A stretch of DNA of 63,686 nucleotides, the filler included, from Rozella allomycis CSF55 (Eukaryota): assembly GCA_000442015.1 (NCBI GenBank). It is 10 parts of 10 records of this genome, joined end to end, with 100 filler letters (N's around TTAATTAATTAA, not from the genome) between each part and the next. Parts side by side here need not be neighbours in the genome. Positions count along the whole stretch, not along the records: positions 35,380 to 53,886 come from KE560815.1; positions 53,987 to 55,853 come from KE560817.1; positions 55,954 to 58,353 come from KE560821.1; positions 58,454 to 60,431 come from KE560826.1; positions 60,532 to 62,015 come from KE560827.1; positions 62,116 to 63,686 come from KE560828.1; 4 more parts are not named here. One strand, written 5' to 3'. The position numbers were made by a program, and so were the translations under genes. Positions 51,263-63,147 of the stretch are shown one piece after another. Numbering within the stretch: position 1 is the stretch's first letter; the number at the start of each line of letters is the position of its first letter. The notes below the pieces were generated by a model, which was not told where the DNA came from, did not search any database, and saw nothing but the letters and a program-made list of their open reading frames with translations.

Positions 51263-51543
51263 ATGCCTGTTTACAAATCCATCAAGCTATTAAATAGTAT
51301 TGAACTTCCAAGAGTAGTGCCTAAAAAATCACACACCGCCACTGATACTACGAACCCGGTGTATACAAGAGAGCCAGAAAAACTTTTACTTTGGGAATCG
51401 TTTGAACAAGAGGTTTCTGACACACTAAGGACTTATTTTACTAAAGATTCTTTATGTGATGAAGTAGGAGAAGAAATATTTATTAAACACAAAGATTTGC
51501 AATGTTCATGTGAAGCTGAAGTTGAATCGTATCTTTTCAGTTA
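51263..51543 (+). CDS. 5' fragment of a multicopy gene of unknown function, ending at the junction with a copia LTR
   Basis: ORF MPVYKSIKLLNSIELPRVVPKKSHT...REPEKLLLWESFEQEV...CSCEAEVESYLF stops at the 'n' at 51544. Confidence 0.45.
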
Positions 51544-51544
51544 N

Positions 51545-51655
51545 TGTTAGAAAATCAAGAAGGTAAGAATGAAAATTATTCAAGTACAAGGGTTTATTAA
51601 AAAAATATTTTCATATAATAAATTTCGGGCTAGCTGAAGAGTCTCTATTCTGACA
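51545..51655 (-). repeat. 3' LTR (111 bp) of the second copia element
   Basis: After the PPT cagggggaa it begins TGTCAGAA and ends TTCTAACA (7/8 inverted repeat); contains AATAAA. Confidence 0.8.
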
Positions 51656-53887
51656 TTCCCCCTGAATCTGAAGCTGCTTCTTTCAAATTGAGAAGGTTTG
51701 CAATGCTTTTGAATTTTGTAGGTCCCAAAGGTTTAGTAAGGATATCAGCTACCATTTCTTCTGAAGGACAGTATTCAATCTTTATCATTTGAGACTTGAC
51801 ATTTTCTTTTGTAAATTGGGCTTTGCAATCTAAATGTTTTGTTCTTGCATGGAAGTTGTCATTTGTAACAAGTTTAATTGTGCTTTGATTATCTTCTTGA
51901 ATGATGGTTGGCTCACTTTGCTGAAGTTGAATATCATGTAGAAGCGATCGAAACCAAAGGGCTTGTGTTGTTGCATGAGTTAATGCATGCCATTCTGCTT
52001 CACAACTCGATAGTGATACAGTCTTCTGAAGAGTGCTTTTCCATGAAATTGTTCCTGCTCCCAGCTTAAAGGTAAAACCTGTAGTAGATCGCCTTGAAGA
52101 AATGTCACCAGCCCAATCTGCATCCGCTGCTCCTTTAAGCACTAAGTCTTCTGTTCCACCAAGTACAACACCTTTTGACATGGATCCTCGTAAATATCTC
52201 AATAAATATTTTAATGCATTTAGATGAATGTTGTTCGGATTATCTTGAAAACGACATAATACACTCACAGCGAAGGCAATATCAGGTCTTGATCCAGTTA
52301 CCAAGTAAAGTAATGAGCCCATTATACTTCTGTAAGTTTGATTATTAATGTGAATTGTTAGGGGTGGACCTTCATATTTAACTAATTTTAAGCTTGCATC
52401 CATTGGAGTGTTTGTTGGTTTACAATCTAATAAATTGCATTTACTAAGCAAATCGCGCACATATCCATTTTGATGTAATATTATACTTCGTGAATCTCTA
52501 TTGCGTGTCACTTCAAGATTGAGAAAATAGTTAAGAGGGCCTAGATCAGTACAGTCAAAATGTTTAGAAATTTTTTCCTTGATGTAGTTAATGGCTGTTC
52601 TGCCCCCCCTAATGCGATATCATCAACGTATAAGTTAATGTAGCAAGGGCCCATATCTTTGAGATTCGCATAGTACAGACATGCATCCACTTTTGTTGAT
52701 TGAAAACCTAAATTCGTGAGAAAATTATTAATTTCTGTGTTCCATACATGGGGCGCCTGCTTCAATCCGTACAAACTTTTCTCCAATTTACACACTACTG
52801 ATGGACCGACTCCATCGACGCCTTCTGGAACTTTCATATAGATTTCATCATCCAAGGTTGGTATCAGAAAAGCCGTTTTTATGTCAACATGATCCATTTC
52901 TAAATTTTGTGAGGCACAGACAGTTAAAAGGATTCGAAACGTATTGTAAGTAGTTAAAGGGGTAAATGTTTCCTGAAACTCTAAACCTTCCGTTTGCATA
53001 TATCCTAAGGCCACTAGACGGGCTTTATATTTGTTGATAGATCCGTCAGCATTTCGCTTAATACGGAACACCCAACGAGAGCCAATAGCTTTTCGACTTT
53101 GAGGCAACACTTGAAGAGACCAAGTTCCGTTTGTTCTGTGGCTTTTCAATTCACTTTGGATAGCCTCCATCCATTTGTCTTCATCTGGTCGACCCTTAAT
53201 ATCTTTAAAATGAGCAGGAATTTCCGGAAATTTCTGGACTACGTTGAGAGCCCGTCGTGATCGCTTGGGGCCTTCAGGAAGAATATTGTTTTCTGATATT
53301 TTGGCGTTGTCATCGCTGCTGGTTCCGGGTGGAGCCACATTTGAAGGTTCATAGGTCCAACGTTCAGAAACAGGAATGTAGCGGTTTTGAGACTGAGGAG
53401 GATCATCTTCGTCCGAATTTTCGGACACATTGTCAAGATAATGATAAATTGCTTCGTTGTCAGATTCACTTTCATGTGTACTTTCATTATCTTGTTCCAC
53501 ATTGTTGTTGGGGATCCAGTTCTCTTTGACAATCAGTGTCGCCTCTGCCGCTGGAGGATCAAAATGAGCGTTTGGATTCTGCTGTATTGCTTCTGGTAGT
53601 TGTAGGGACTTCCGTTGAATTTCTTTGAATTGTTTCATTGGATTTTTCAAAAATGTAACGTCACGTGAAATAATAATTTCATTTGTTGATGGGTTGAGAA
53701 GTCTCCATGCTTTAGATTCCAAATCNGGTTGAAAAGTCTCCATGCTTTAGATTCCAAATCATAACCAACAAATAGAAGTTGGCGGGCGCGCGGTCCTAGT
53801 TTCTTTCGAGCATCCATGCGTGTATTTTCATCTAACCAATATCCTTTCAATTCCTTGGGCACATGTGCGAAGGCGATTTCTCCAAAN
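51545..53887 (-). mobile_element. Second Ty1/copia family element: integrase end, RT, RNase H and 3' LTR
   Basis: KKLGPRARQLLFVGY, YKARLVALG, LYGLKQAP, YVDD, GAADADWAGD, CEAEW and EDNQST; one frameshift near 52540-52600. Confidence 0.95.
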
Positions 53888-53987
53888 NNNNNNNNNNNNN
53901 NNNNNNNNNNNNNNNNNNNNNNNNNNNNNNTTAATTAATTAANNNNNNNNNNNNNNNNNNNNNNNNNNNNNNNNNNNNNNNNNNNNA

Positions 53988-55472
53988 TTGGCTTCCGAGA
54001 ACGGACATGCTGAAATCGTTAAAATTCTGCTTGCAGATCGAAGAGTAGATCCCAGTGACTGTAACAATATTGCTATTGCAGTGGCTTCCGAGAACGGGCA
54101 TTTAGAGGTTGTTAAAATTCTACTTGCAGATTCAAGAGTAGATCCAAGTGCAGATAAGAACTATTCCATTGGAGCGGCTTCCAGAAGAGGTCACGTAGAA
54201 GTTGTTAAAATTTTGCTTGCAGACCCAAGAGTAGATCCCAGTGACTGTAACAATATTGCTATTAAATTAGCTTCCGCGAACGGACATTTAGAAGTTGTTA
54301 ACATTCTTCTTGCAGATGCAAGAGTAGATCCCAGTGACTGTAACAATATTGCTATTGCAGTGGCTTCCGAGAACGGGCATTTAGAGGTTGTTAAAATTCT
54401 ACTTGCAGATTCAAGAGTAGATCCAAGTGCAGATAAGAACTATTCCATTGAAGCGGCTTCCGAGAACGGACATTTAGAAGTTGTTAAAATTTTGCTTGCA
54501 GACCCAAGAGTAGATCCCAGTGCAGATAAGAGCTATTCCATTGGAGCGGCTTCCAGAAGAAGTCACGTAGAAGTTGTTAAAATTCTCCTTGCAGATCCAA
54601 GAGTAGATCCAAGTGCAGATAAGAACTATTCCATTGGTGCGGCTTCCAGAAGAGGTCACGTAGAAGTTGTTAAAATTCTCCTTGCAGATCCAAGAGTAGA
54701 CCCAAGTGACTCTAACAATACTGCTTTTGAATTGGCTTCTGAATACGGGCAAGTAGAAGTTGTTAATATTTTGCTTGCCGACTCAAGAGTAGATCCTAGT
54801 GCAAATAAGAACTTTTCCATTCGAACAGCTACTGAAGAAGGCCACTCAGAAGTTGTGAAAATTTTACTGGAAGACCCTAGAGTGGACCCATGTGCAAAGA
54901 GAAATGAAGCTATTCGACGTGCATCATTTATCGGGCATGAAGAAATCGTTAGATTGTTGTTGGCAGACTCTAGAGTAGATCCAACTGCAAAAACAAATCA
55001 AGCTATTCGGCGTGCAGCTCTTTGCGGCAATAAAGAGGTTATTAAACTTTTGCTCAAAGACCCTAGAGTAGATCCAGGTGCAAAGAAAAATGATGCTATT
55101 CGAAAAGCTTGCCAGATAGGCTATGAAGACGTTTTGAAATTGTTGCTTGAAGACCCTAGAGTGGATCCCTGTGCAAAGAGAAATCAAGCTATTCGACGTG
55201 CATCTAAAAATGGACATGAAGAAATTGTGCAGATTTTGTTACAAGACGCTAGAGTAGATCCTGCTGCAAAGAAAAATTATGCTATTAGATCAGCTGCCGG
55301 GAATGGTCATACAGAAATTGTTAAATTGTTGCTTGAAGATCCTAGAGTGGATCCTGGTGCAAAGAGGAATCAAGCTATTCGACGTGCATCCAAAAATGGA
55401 CATGAAGAAATTGTGCAGATTTTGTTAAACGACAGTAGAGTAGATCCTAGTGCATTGAATTTGAGACGCTAG
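53988..55472 (+). CDS. Ankyrin repeat protein with ~16 tandem 31-aa repeats (5' end in the gap)
   Basis: Unit AS.NGH.EVVKILL.D.RVDPS...N.AI; 93-bp DNA period. Confidence 0.92.
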   Translation: MASENGHAEIVKILLADRRVDPSDCNNIAIAVASENGHLEVVKILLADSRVDPSADKNYSIGAASRRGHVEVVKILLADPRVDPSDCNNIAIKLASANGHLEVVNILLADARVDPSDCNNIAIAVASENGHLEVVKILLADSRVDPSADKNYSIEAASENGHLEVVKILLADPRVDPSADKSYSIGAASRRSHVEVVKILLADPRVDPSADKNYSIGAASRRGHVEVVKILLADPRVDPSDSNNTAFELASEYGQVEVVNILLADSRVDPSANKNFSIRTATEEGHSEVVKILLEDPRVDPCAKRNEAIRRASFIGHEEIVRLLLADSRVDPTAKTNQAIRRAALCGNKEVIKLLLKDPRVDPGAKKNDAIRKACQIGYEDVLKLLLEDPRVDPCAKRNQAIRRASKNGHEEIVQILLQDARVDPAAKKNYAIRSAAGNGHTEIVKLLLEDPRVDPGAKRNQAIRRASKNGHEEIVQILLNDSRVDPSALNLRR

Positions 55473-55675
55473 TTATCATTGAGGGGATTTCTTAAAACTT
55501 GCTATAATAAAAATTAATCTAGTTGTTACTGTTAATATTTAACCATATTTCTGTGCTCAATGTAGCTCATAGTAGGGATCTTTCACGTAAATTCTTTCAG
55601 CTATCGCCCTAGATATAAGTTATCCGGGGTGCATACAAGAACAGGCACGCTGAAATTGTCCAAATTTTGTTTACA

Positions 55676-55852
55676 TACAGTAGACTAGATCCTTTGGCAT
55701 TGAATGTGTAAAGCGAATTGTCTCCAATCGCAAAGAGGACTCGAGCTATTCGAGATACGATCAAGTATGGAAATGCAGAAATTGTGGAGATTTTATTGGA
55801 GTATAGCCTAGTTCATTGAATTTGAGAAGCTAACTATCATTGAGGGGATTAT
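55676..55852 (+). pseudogene. Degenerate copy of the ankyrin gene 3' end
   Basis: agtagactagatcct..gcattgaat and cattgaatttgaga.gcta...atcattgaggggatt mirror 55434-55488. Confidence 0.6.
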
Positions 55853-55953
55853 ANNNNNNNNNNNNNNNNNNNNNNNNNNNNNNNNNNNNNNNNNNNNTTA
55901 ATTAATTAANNNNNNNNNNNNNNNNNNNNNNNNNNNNNNNNNNNNNNNNNNNN

Positions 55954-56163
55954 CGACTTTTTCGACATAGTTGGTGAATTTTTATTATTTTCTATGCTAG
56001 TATCTATTTTTTCAGGCGTGCTGTTTGTTCTCACCAACTGATAAACACGAGGACTTCTTGAATGTCTATTTCTTGTTTCCAATTTTGGCGGAATAAATAT
56101 TTCAGATCTCATGGAAAAAATCATTCCAAAATACGAAAGTAACATTATAGCGCCCGAAAGCAT
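55954..56163 (-). CDS. 5' part of a possible secreted protein, truncated by a gap
   Basis: Hydrophobic N-terminus MLSGAIMLLSYFGMIFS; frame open into the gap. Confidence 0.3.
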
Positions 56164-56271
56164 CTTTTTGTGAAAAACACGTGGACCAGGGTGTAAACTA
56201 TACAGGTATTAGAAGGCACTTTGACACTATTACCGCAACTTTAAACTTAAATTTATTTTAACGTTAAAGTT

Positions 56272-57412
<1,141 letters not shown>

Positions 57413-57568
57413 TGTTCAATGCAAATTTGTTTACCAACTTGTATACCAAATTTACGAATTATCTAACGTTACTTTGCTCGCCTCCGTTTCTAAATTTAAA
57501 CTAGGGGCATGAGCTAAAAATAGCGGCTAATATAAAACCAACGAGACACTACCCCTAATTGTCACAAA

Positions 57569-58353
57569 ATGAAGTTTGCACTTCCTAGACTAGCTCTTTC
57601 CTTGGCATTCGCATTCGCTGTAAATTGTAAATATAAAACCAGCTCAATGCTTATAACCAGTAAAACACTGCTTGACATCATGGGGAAAGATTGTGGTAAA
57701 GCTTTGGCAGAATCTGAAGTTCACTCTATAGTCCCGTATGATGCAAAACTTGAAACTTTCAACTGCGCCAAAGATTTTGACTTGCTCAATAAAGCCGCCA
57801 AATCTTATAAGATTGATACAAATCCTAAAGCAATGGCAGCATACTTGACACATATCAAAATACAGTCCAAATCACTTCGTGTTAATAAAGATCACTATCC
57901 TGGAAGATTTGGGATTGGTACTCGCGGAATGATAAATCCATTCCACTTGTTGACGTTTTGGAAGGATCCTAAGAATAGAAATCTGATCCCAACAGACAAG
58001 AGAAATGATAAAGATTTCAAATCATTTCTCAATAATCTTGTTTTGACAGAGCAAATTGGAAAAATGGGTCTCGAATCGTCAATTGGCACGAAACTGCTTG
58101 AGCCTTTGTTAACAGGCAAGTACCAATTTCTCCCGACATGTTGGGTGGTTTCGGGAAAGATGAAAAAATCATCCTGCAAAGCAAAAGGTGCTGAAGATGC
58201 TGATACATGGGATAAGGCCAAAGAATTTTTTTCTGGTTGTTTAGACATCGAAGAAAGTAAACTACAAGAATATTCCAAAGAATGGAAAAAAATATACAAA
58301 AAACTTTCTTCTGGAGAGTCTACTGAAGAAAATCAGGATGACGAGGAAAATAC
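57569..58353 (+). CDS. Secreted protein with a lysozyme/GH19-like core (3' end in the gap)
   Basis: Signal peptide MKFALPRLALSLAFAFAVNC; LLNKAAKSYKIDTNPKAMAAYLTHIKIQSKSLRVNKDHYPGRFGIGTRGM. Confidence 0.55.
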
Positions 58354-58453
58354 NNNNNNNNNNNNNNNNNNNNNNNNNNNNNNNNNNNNNNNNNNNNTTA
58401 ATTAATTAANNNNNNNNNNNNNNNNNNNNNNNNNNNNNNNNNNNNNNNNNNNN

Positions 58454-59278
58454 CCCAAGGACTTCTCAATTGGAGGGTCATCAAGTGTCATCGGTATTGG
58501 GCTCTTGGAAATTTGCCTTTGCGAAAATGCCAGAGATAACAACAGTGGCCACTTTTATTACTATGATATATTTCCTAATGAACAGGTAGTATTTAATTGC
58601 ATACGAAACAACAGTTTTGGTGTGACAAAATATTGGAGCTTTCGAACAACTGGTAATGCATCGTATTTACCGTATTTAACTATGTTTATCAAGTAAATTT
58701 TATTAGAAACGCGTATAAAGTTGCATATGCTGGTTAAAATATGGATTGTTATTAGCAGATGAAGCTATGGTTTTGGTAAATGGATTTGGAAGTATTCTTG
58801 GACTGATTTGCATGTCTATTTACTATTATTTTTCACCGTATAAAGTAAAATATAGAAATTATTTTAATCCGTATGATGTTGAAAAGGCCTATTTTACATC
58901 CGGGCTATTTATACTTGGTCTATTTTATGGAACTGATTATATTGCCAAAAATTATTCATTTGTGAATGCTATGCATATTTTAGGACTATTTTGCTGTTTG
59001 ATGTCAGTGACCCTTTCAGGCTCCCCACTTGTTTCATTGGTAATTCTTGAAGTCATTTTAGACAGAAAAACTTTAAGAGGACAGGGAATAAAGGATCAAT
59101 GAATTATCCTGGCATTCTTTCTGCTGTTTTAGGAGGAATTTGGACGTATTATGGATATCAAATTAACGACCTTTTTGTTACAATTCCAAACCTTTTAGGT
59201 TTTTTAATATCAATGTTTCAAATTTATATAATATATGCATGGGGCAATCGATACACAAAATTAGAATCAAAAGAATAA
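58454..59278 (+). CDS. SWEET (MtN3/saliva) sugar transporter (5' end near the gap)
   Basis: RTTGNASYLPYLTMFIN/CICWLKYGLLLADEAMVLVNGFG, LSGSPLVSL and IWTYYGYQINDLFVTIPNLLGFLISMFQI form two MtN3 repeats. Confidence 0.88.
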
Positions 59279-59309
59279 AATACGAAATAATAAATGAAGT
59301 GCTTTTTAT

Positions 59310-60431
59310 TCATGATTTATCTTTCTTCTCCTTCTTCTCCTTCTTTTCTTTTTTATCTTTTTTATCTTTCTTTTCTTTCTTCTCTTTTTTGTCTTTCTTT
59401 TCCTTTTTCTTTTCTTCAGCCTTTGGAGATTCTTCGGTTTTTGGTTCAATCACTTCAATTTTAGGTTTCTTTACTTCAACAGGTTCAGATTCAGCAGGTC
59501 TCTTTTTAGAATTATCAAATTTAAAGTCATTAGATGAGTTGTAAGATTTTCCTGCATTCATGTTTTGACGTCCGACATTTGCCTTTCCACGGAATGATCC
59601 ACTTGTAGCGTTACGTGCTTGATTCTCTAATTGACGTAAACGATCTTCAACAGCAGCGCGATGTTCAGTTCCAATAGAAGCATCAGTGTTTTCTCCAAGT
59701 GCATCAACTCTAACAGACAACGCAGCCTTTGCCGCCAAAACTCTGGATATCTAAAATGCCGATATTTTTAAATTGGTTACCTTTCCTTTCAATTTTGGAG
59801 CAGCTTGGCCAATTAAGGTTGCGTGATAAATCAAACCATACTTTGGAGTGTTGTGTTTTGTCTTAAGAGCTCTAAAGAGAGCCTTTTCAGCACCGAGGAT
59901 TTGAACAGTAGAAGCAGGATGTTTAGCCAAGTTCATTAGAGATCCAGCGTTGGCAATCAAACGAGCACCAACCAATTCACCAACTAAGGCGGTAAGATTT
60001 GGAGCAATAGCCATCATTCTATTTTTAAGATATTCAAAGAGCTCAGTTCTGTATTCAGAAATGGTAATAACTTGGTCGGCCAACATCTTAATATTTTCCA
60101 TATCCTCTTCACTGATTTCAGTTCCCATTGAAATTTTCAAGGCTTCTTTCAATTCAATTTCAATATCCTCTGGAAGAATCTCTTTAAAGTCTAACTCTAA
60201 AGCGTTTTGACGCATTCCCATAAATTTTATAGTTTTTGCGTAAGCCACATTATCAACCAAGATTTTAGTCAATTCTGGAAAATGCCAGCCATACCATTCT
60301 TTCATTCTCATAGCATAAGTATTAACTTCCTTGTCCAAATCATCCAAGAGCATAATAGCTTGAACAATCATAGTGTCAACCTTGTCAGGTGAGAACTTGA
60401 TTTTGTAACGAGACAATGAATGAGACAAGCC
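59310..60431 (-). CDS. NOP58: Box C/D snoRNP protein Nop58 (5' part in the gap)
   Basis: [71 protein letters not shown], and a KKE/D tail. Confidence 0.95.
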
Positions 60432-60531
60432 NNNNNNNNNNNNNNNNNNNNNNNNNNNNNNNNNNNNNNNNNNNNTTAATTAATTAANNNNNNNNNNNNN
60501 NNNNNNNNNNNNNNNNNNNNNNNNNNNNNNN

Positions 60532-62015
60532 TAGTAATTATCGAAGAATCTTTGCTTATGCTATTAAAAACTAAGGATCGTTTGTCAGTTCAACAACCTC
60601 TGCAAATAAAGCGTGGAATTGAGCATCAAGGTCCTATTTATGAATCCAATTACCATGTCCCCTTTGAAAGTATTGAGATGTATAAGGAACTAATTGATCA
60701 GTTCAGTAGGGAAGGTGTTATTTCTATGCTTTATGGTCCCAGGCAGTACGGGAAAACATCCGTTGCACTAGCTTTAGCTCGTGAACTTTCCAGAAACCAG
60801 AATTTGAATGTTTGTTATATTATTTTTGAGTCAAGTTTGAGTAGAATCCCCAATTTCTGGACATATCTTGCGACCTATATAGTTCCCGACAATGAAAGTG
60901 AAGTTAATAGTAGTATAGACTTGCGTAGGCTTATGGGATTATCATATGCCAAAACTGGGAAGAAGTTACTTTTAATGATTGATGAATTTGATTTGTTATT
61001 GAAGTGTAATGTGCAACTATTCACAGATTTTGCAAATTTTCTTCGTTCTTCGATTGTCTCTGACTGGTTTTATGGCTTTCTTGGAATTGGCAATTATGAA
61101 TTATCCAATCTTGTTTTAAAAATGACTGGAAACTCAGGAGGCCCATTTAACGTGGACAAGACTGTTCTGGCTGTTCCATTCAACGAAAATCAAATGATGC
61201 AGTTCTTTCATAGTCTTCAGTGGAAGTTTCGTGAAGATATAATGAAGTTAATAATCGATTATTCAGGAGGAGCTCCCGGTGTCTTTGTTTCTTTGATCAA
61301 GTTTGCCATTGACTTTGGATATCATAGAAAGACGGTTAGGGACTGGGTCAATCACTTTCATTTTGAGGGAGTTAGTTCTGAATATTATGCCTGCTATAAC
61401 AAAACCTATATCAGAATTAAACAAGATATTGAAGATCGCCCATATTTGCTTGAATCTTTACGCAACGCTCTTAAAAGTAATAAAATTTTAGGCAGCGAAA
61501 GATCCCATTATCATGAACTATGGACTATTCATTAAATTTAAAATAGCAAATGAAAAGCCGTTGTGGCTGAGTTTATTTAAAAGTTTTTCTTCANTTCCAC
61601 AACATGAACCATATATTTGGTTTTCTTCGCCGATGATGTACTCTATGTGCTGCACTATTTTCAAGACTCGTGATATAAAATTTCAACATCCCCTTCCAGA
61701 AGATCCGGTTGAACTTCTTTCACTCTCAGTAAACTACATGGACTCTCATACCTTGATTGACAAAATGGCACAGAATTTAAAATCTCCAAGCGAGGCCGTA
61801 TTTCAGGTTGAATTATATTCTGTATTTCGCTCATTGTTTACTTCACAGAAGAATCTTTTCTATAAAGTAATTCCAGAAGCCAAAATCTTAAATGAAAGTC
61901 TACGTTGCGATTTACTTTTGAAAACCGGGAAGATATTTGCATATGAAATAAAGGTACATTTACTCACTATCAACGAAATATATTCTGCAGCGAAGCAAGC
62001 GCTCCATTACAAGTT
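60532..62015 (+). CDS. P-loop NTPase + PD-(D/E)xK nuclease protein, Crinkler/RHS-type architecture (partial, both ends in gaps)
   Basis: Walker A YGPRQYGKTS, Walker B LLLMIDEFD, YSGGAPG, then SEAVFQVELYS...PEAK...RCDLLL...AYEIK. Confidence 0.7.
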
Positions 62016-62210
62016 NNNNNNNNNNNNNNNNNNNNNNNNNNNNNNNNNNNNNNNNNNNNTTAATTAATTAANNNNNNNNNNNNNNNNNNNNNNNNNNNNN
62101 NNNNNNNNNNNNNNNTAATCTATGGCCGATAGATTATCTGGATATCTATCGCGAATAAATGTTTCAACTTCTTTTGTTAATATTTTTAATTGATATCATC
62201 TGAATTTTCC

Positions 62211-62998
62211 ATGTCCTCAAAAGAAGAGAAACTTATCTTTTCGAGGTATTCCAAAGAGTTTCTGCAAAATTACAAGAGTATTCTATCTTGCGATTATACC
62301 GATCTGTAAGATTTCTTTATATTATGGCAAGTAGATACACCATCAAACAGTTTCATGAAAACGTAGCGAAACATTTTGAAGCCAACGAATCTGAAAACCG
62401 TGATATTAGTTGGCAGACACGATCTTGGCTTAATCTTCCTGCATTGTACCAGTTGCAGGTGCCTTCTTTGGACACATGTAAAGAATTTCTGTCACTCCTA
62501 TTGCAATCATGTTTTTCTGGTAGAAATGTACTATATCTTAATACTCTGTTGCCAAGAAATGCCGTGTCTGCGACTCATACTGAACAGTTTCGGGGAGACT
62601 GGCATGATATTAAACAAAAGTTGCAATCAATTCTTAACGAGCACAGTGATGCCAAGTTCGATTTGATTATATTTTGCACGCCATCAATTATATGGCCACT
62701 GTATGCGCCGTTTAAGAATGTTATGAAATCAGAATGCGATGAAGTCGGATGCTTGCTTCGAAGGATGTGCATGGAATACAATTGTCCGATGCTTGTAAGA
62801 TTATTGTATTAGAATTATCAGGTTTGCGACTTTAAAGATATGAATAGTGATGTCTGGACTGATTCGTGCGGCGAAGCTTGGACTGGCCAATTCGAGAGCA
62901 TTGTTCGGTTGCGCCCTGGTGGGCTATTGATGTATGAATGTCCAGATTCGCCTCCTAAAATTATTTCATATCCCTGGAGCATGAGCTTTACAAAGTGA
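62211..62998 (+). CDS. Divergent RecA-fold protein, possibly a Rad51 paralogue (RAD51D/XRCC2-like) without a Walker A
   Basis: VLYLNT, FDLIIFCTPS, LLRRMCMEYNCPML/V and GEAWT occur in the order of the RecA-family VLYIDT, LIVIDS, L..LA..YN..V.V and GG..W elements. Confidence 0.4.
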
Positions 62999-63147
62999 TC
63001 AGACCATTGAATCTGAATTTTGCACTAGGGACGAGATTTTAACATTAACGAGCCCCCTTCACTATTATAAATGATTGATTTTAAATCTCGTAAAATAAAT
63101 ATTAACGTGATAGTATTAATATAATTGTAAATAAAATTGAAAATATA

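Noticed and set aside
59239-59544. Phe/Ser-rich hydrophobic ORF
   Set aside because: Antisense shadow of the Nop58 KKE/D tail; most other short overlapping ORFs in the track are likewise shadows of real genes.
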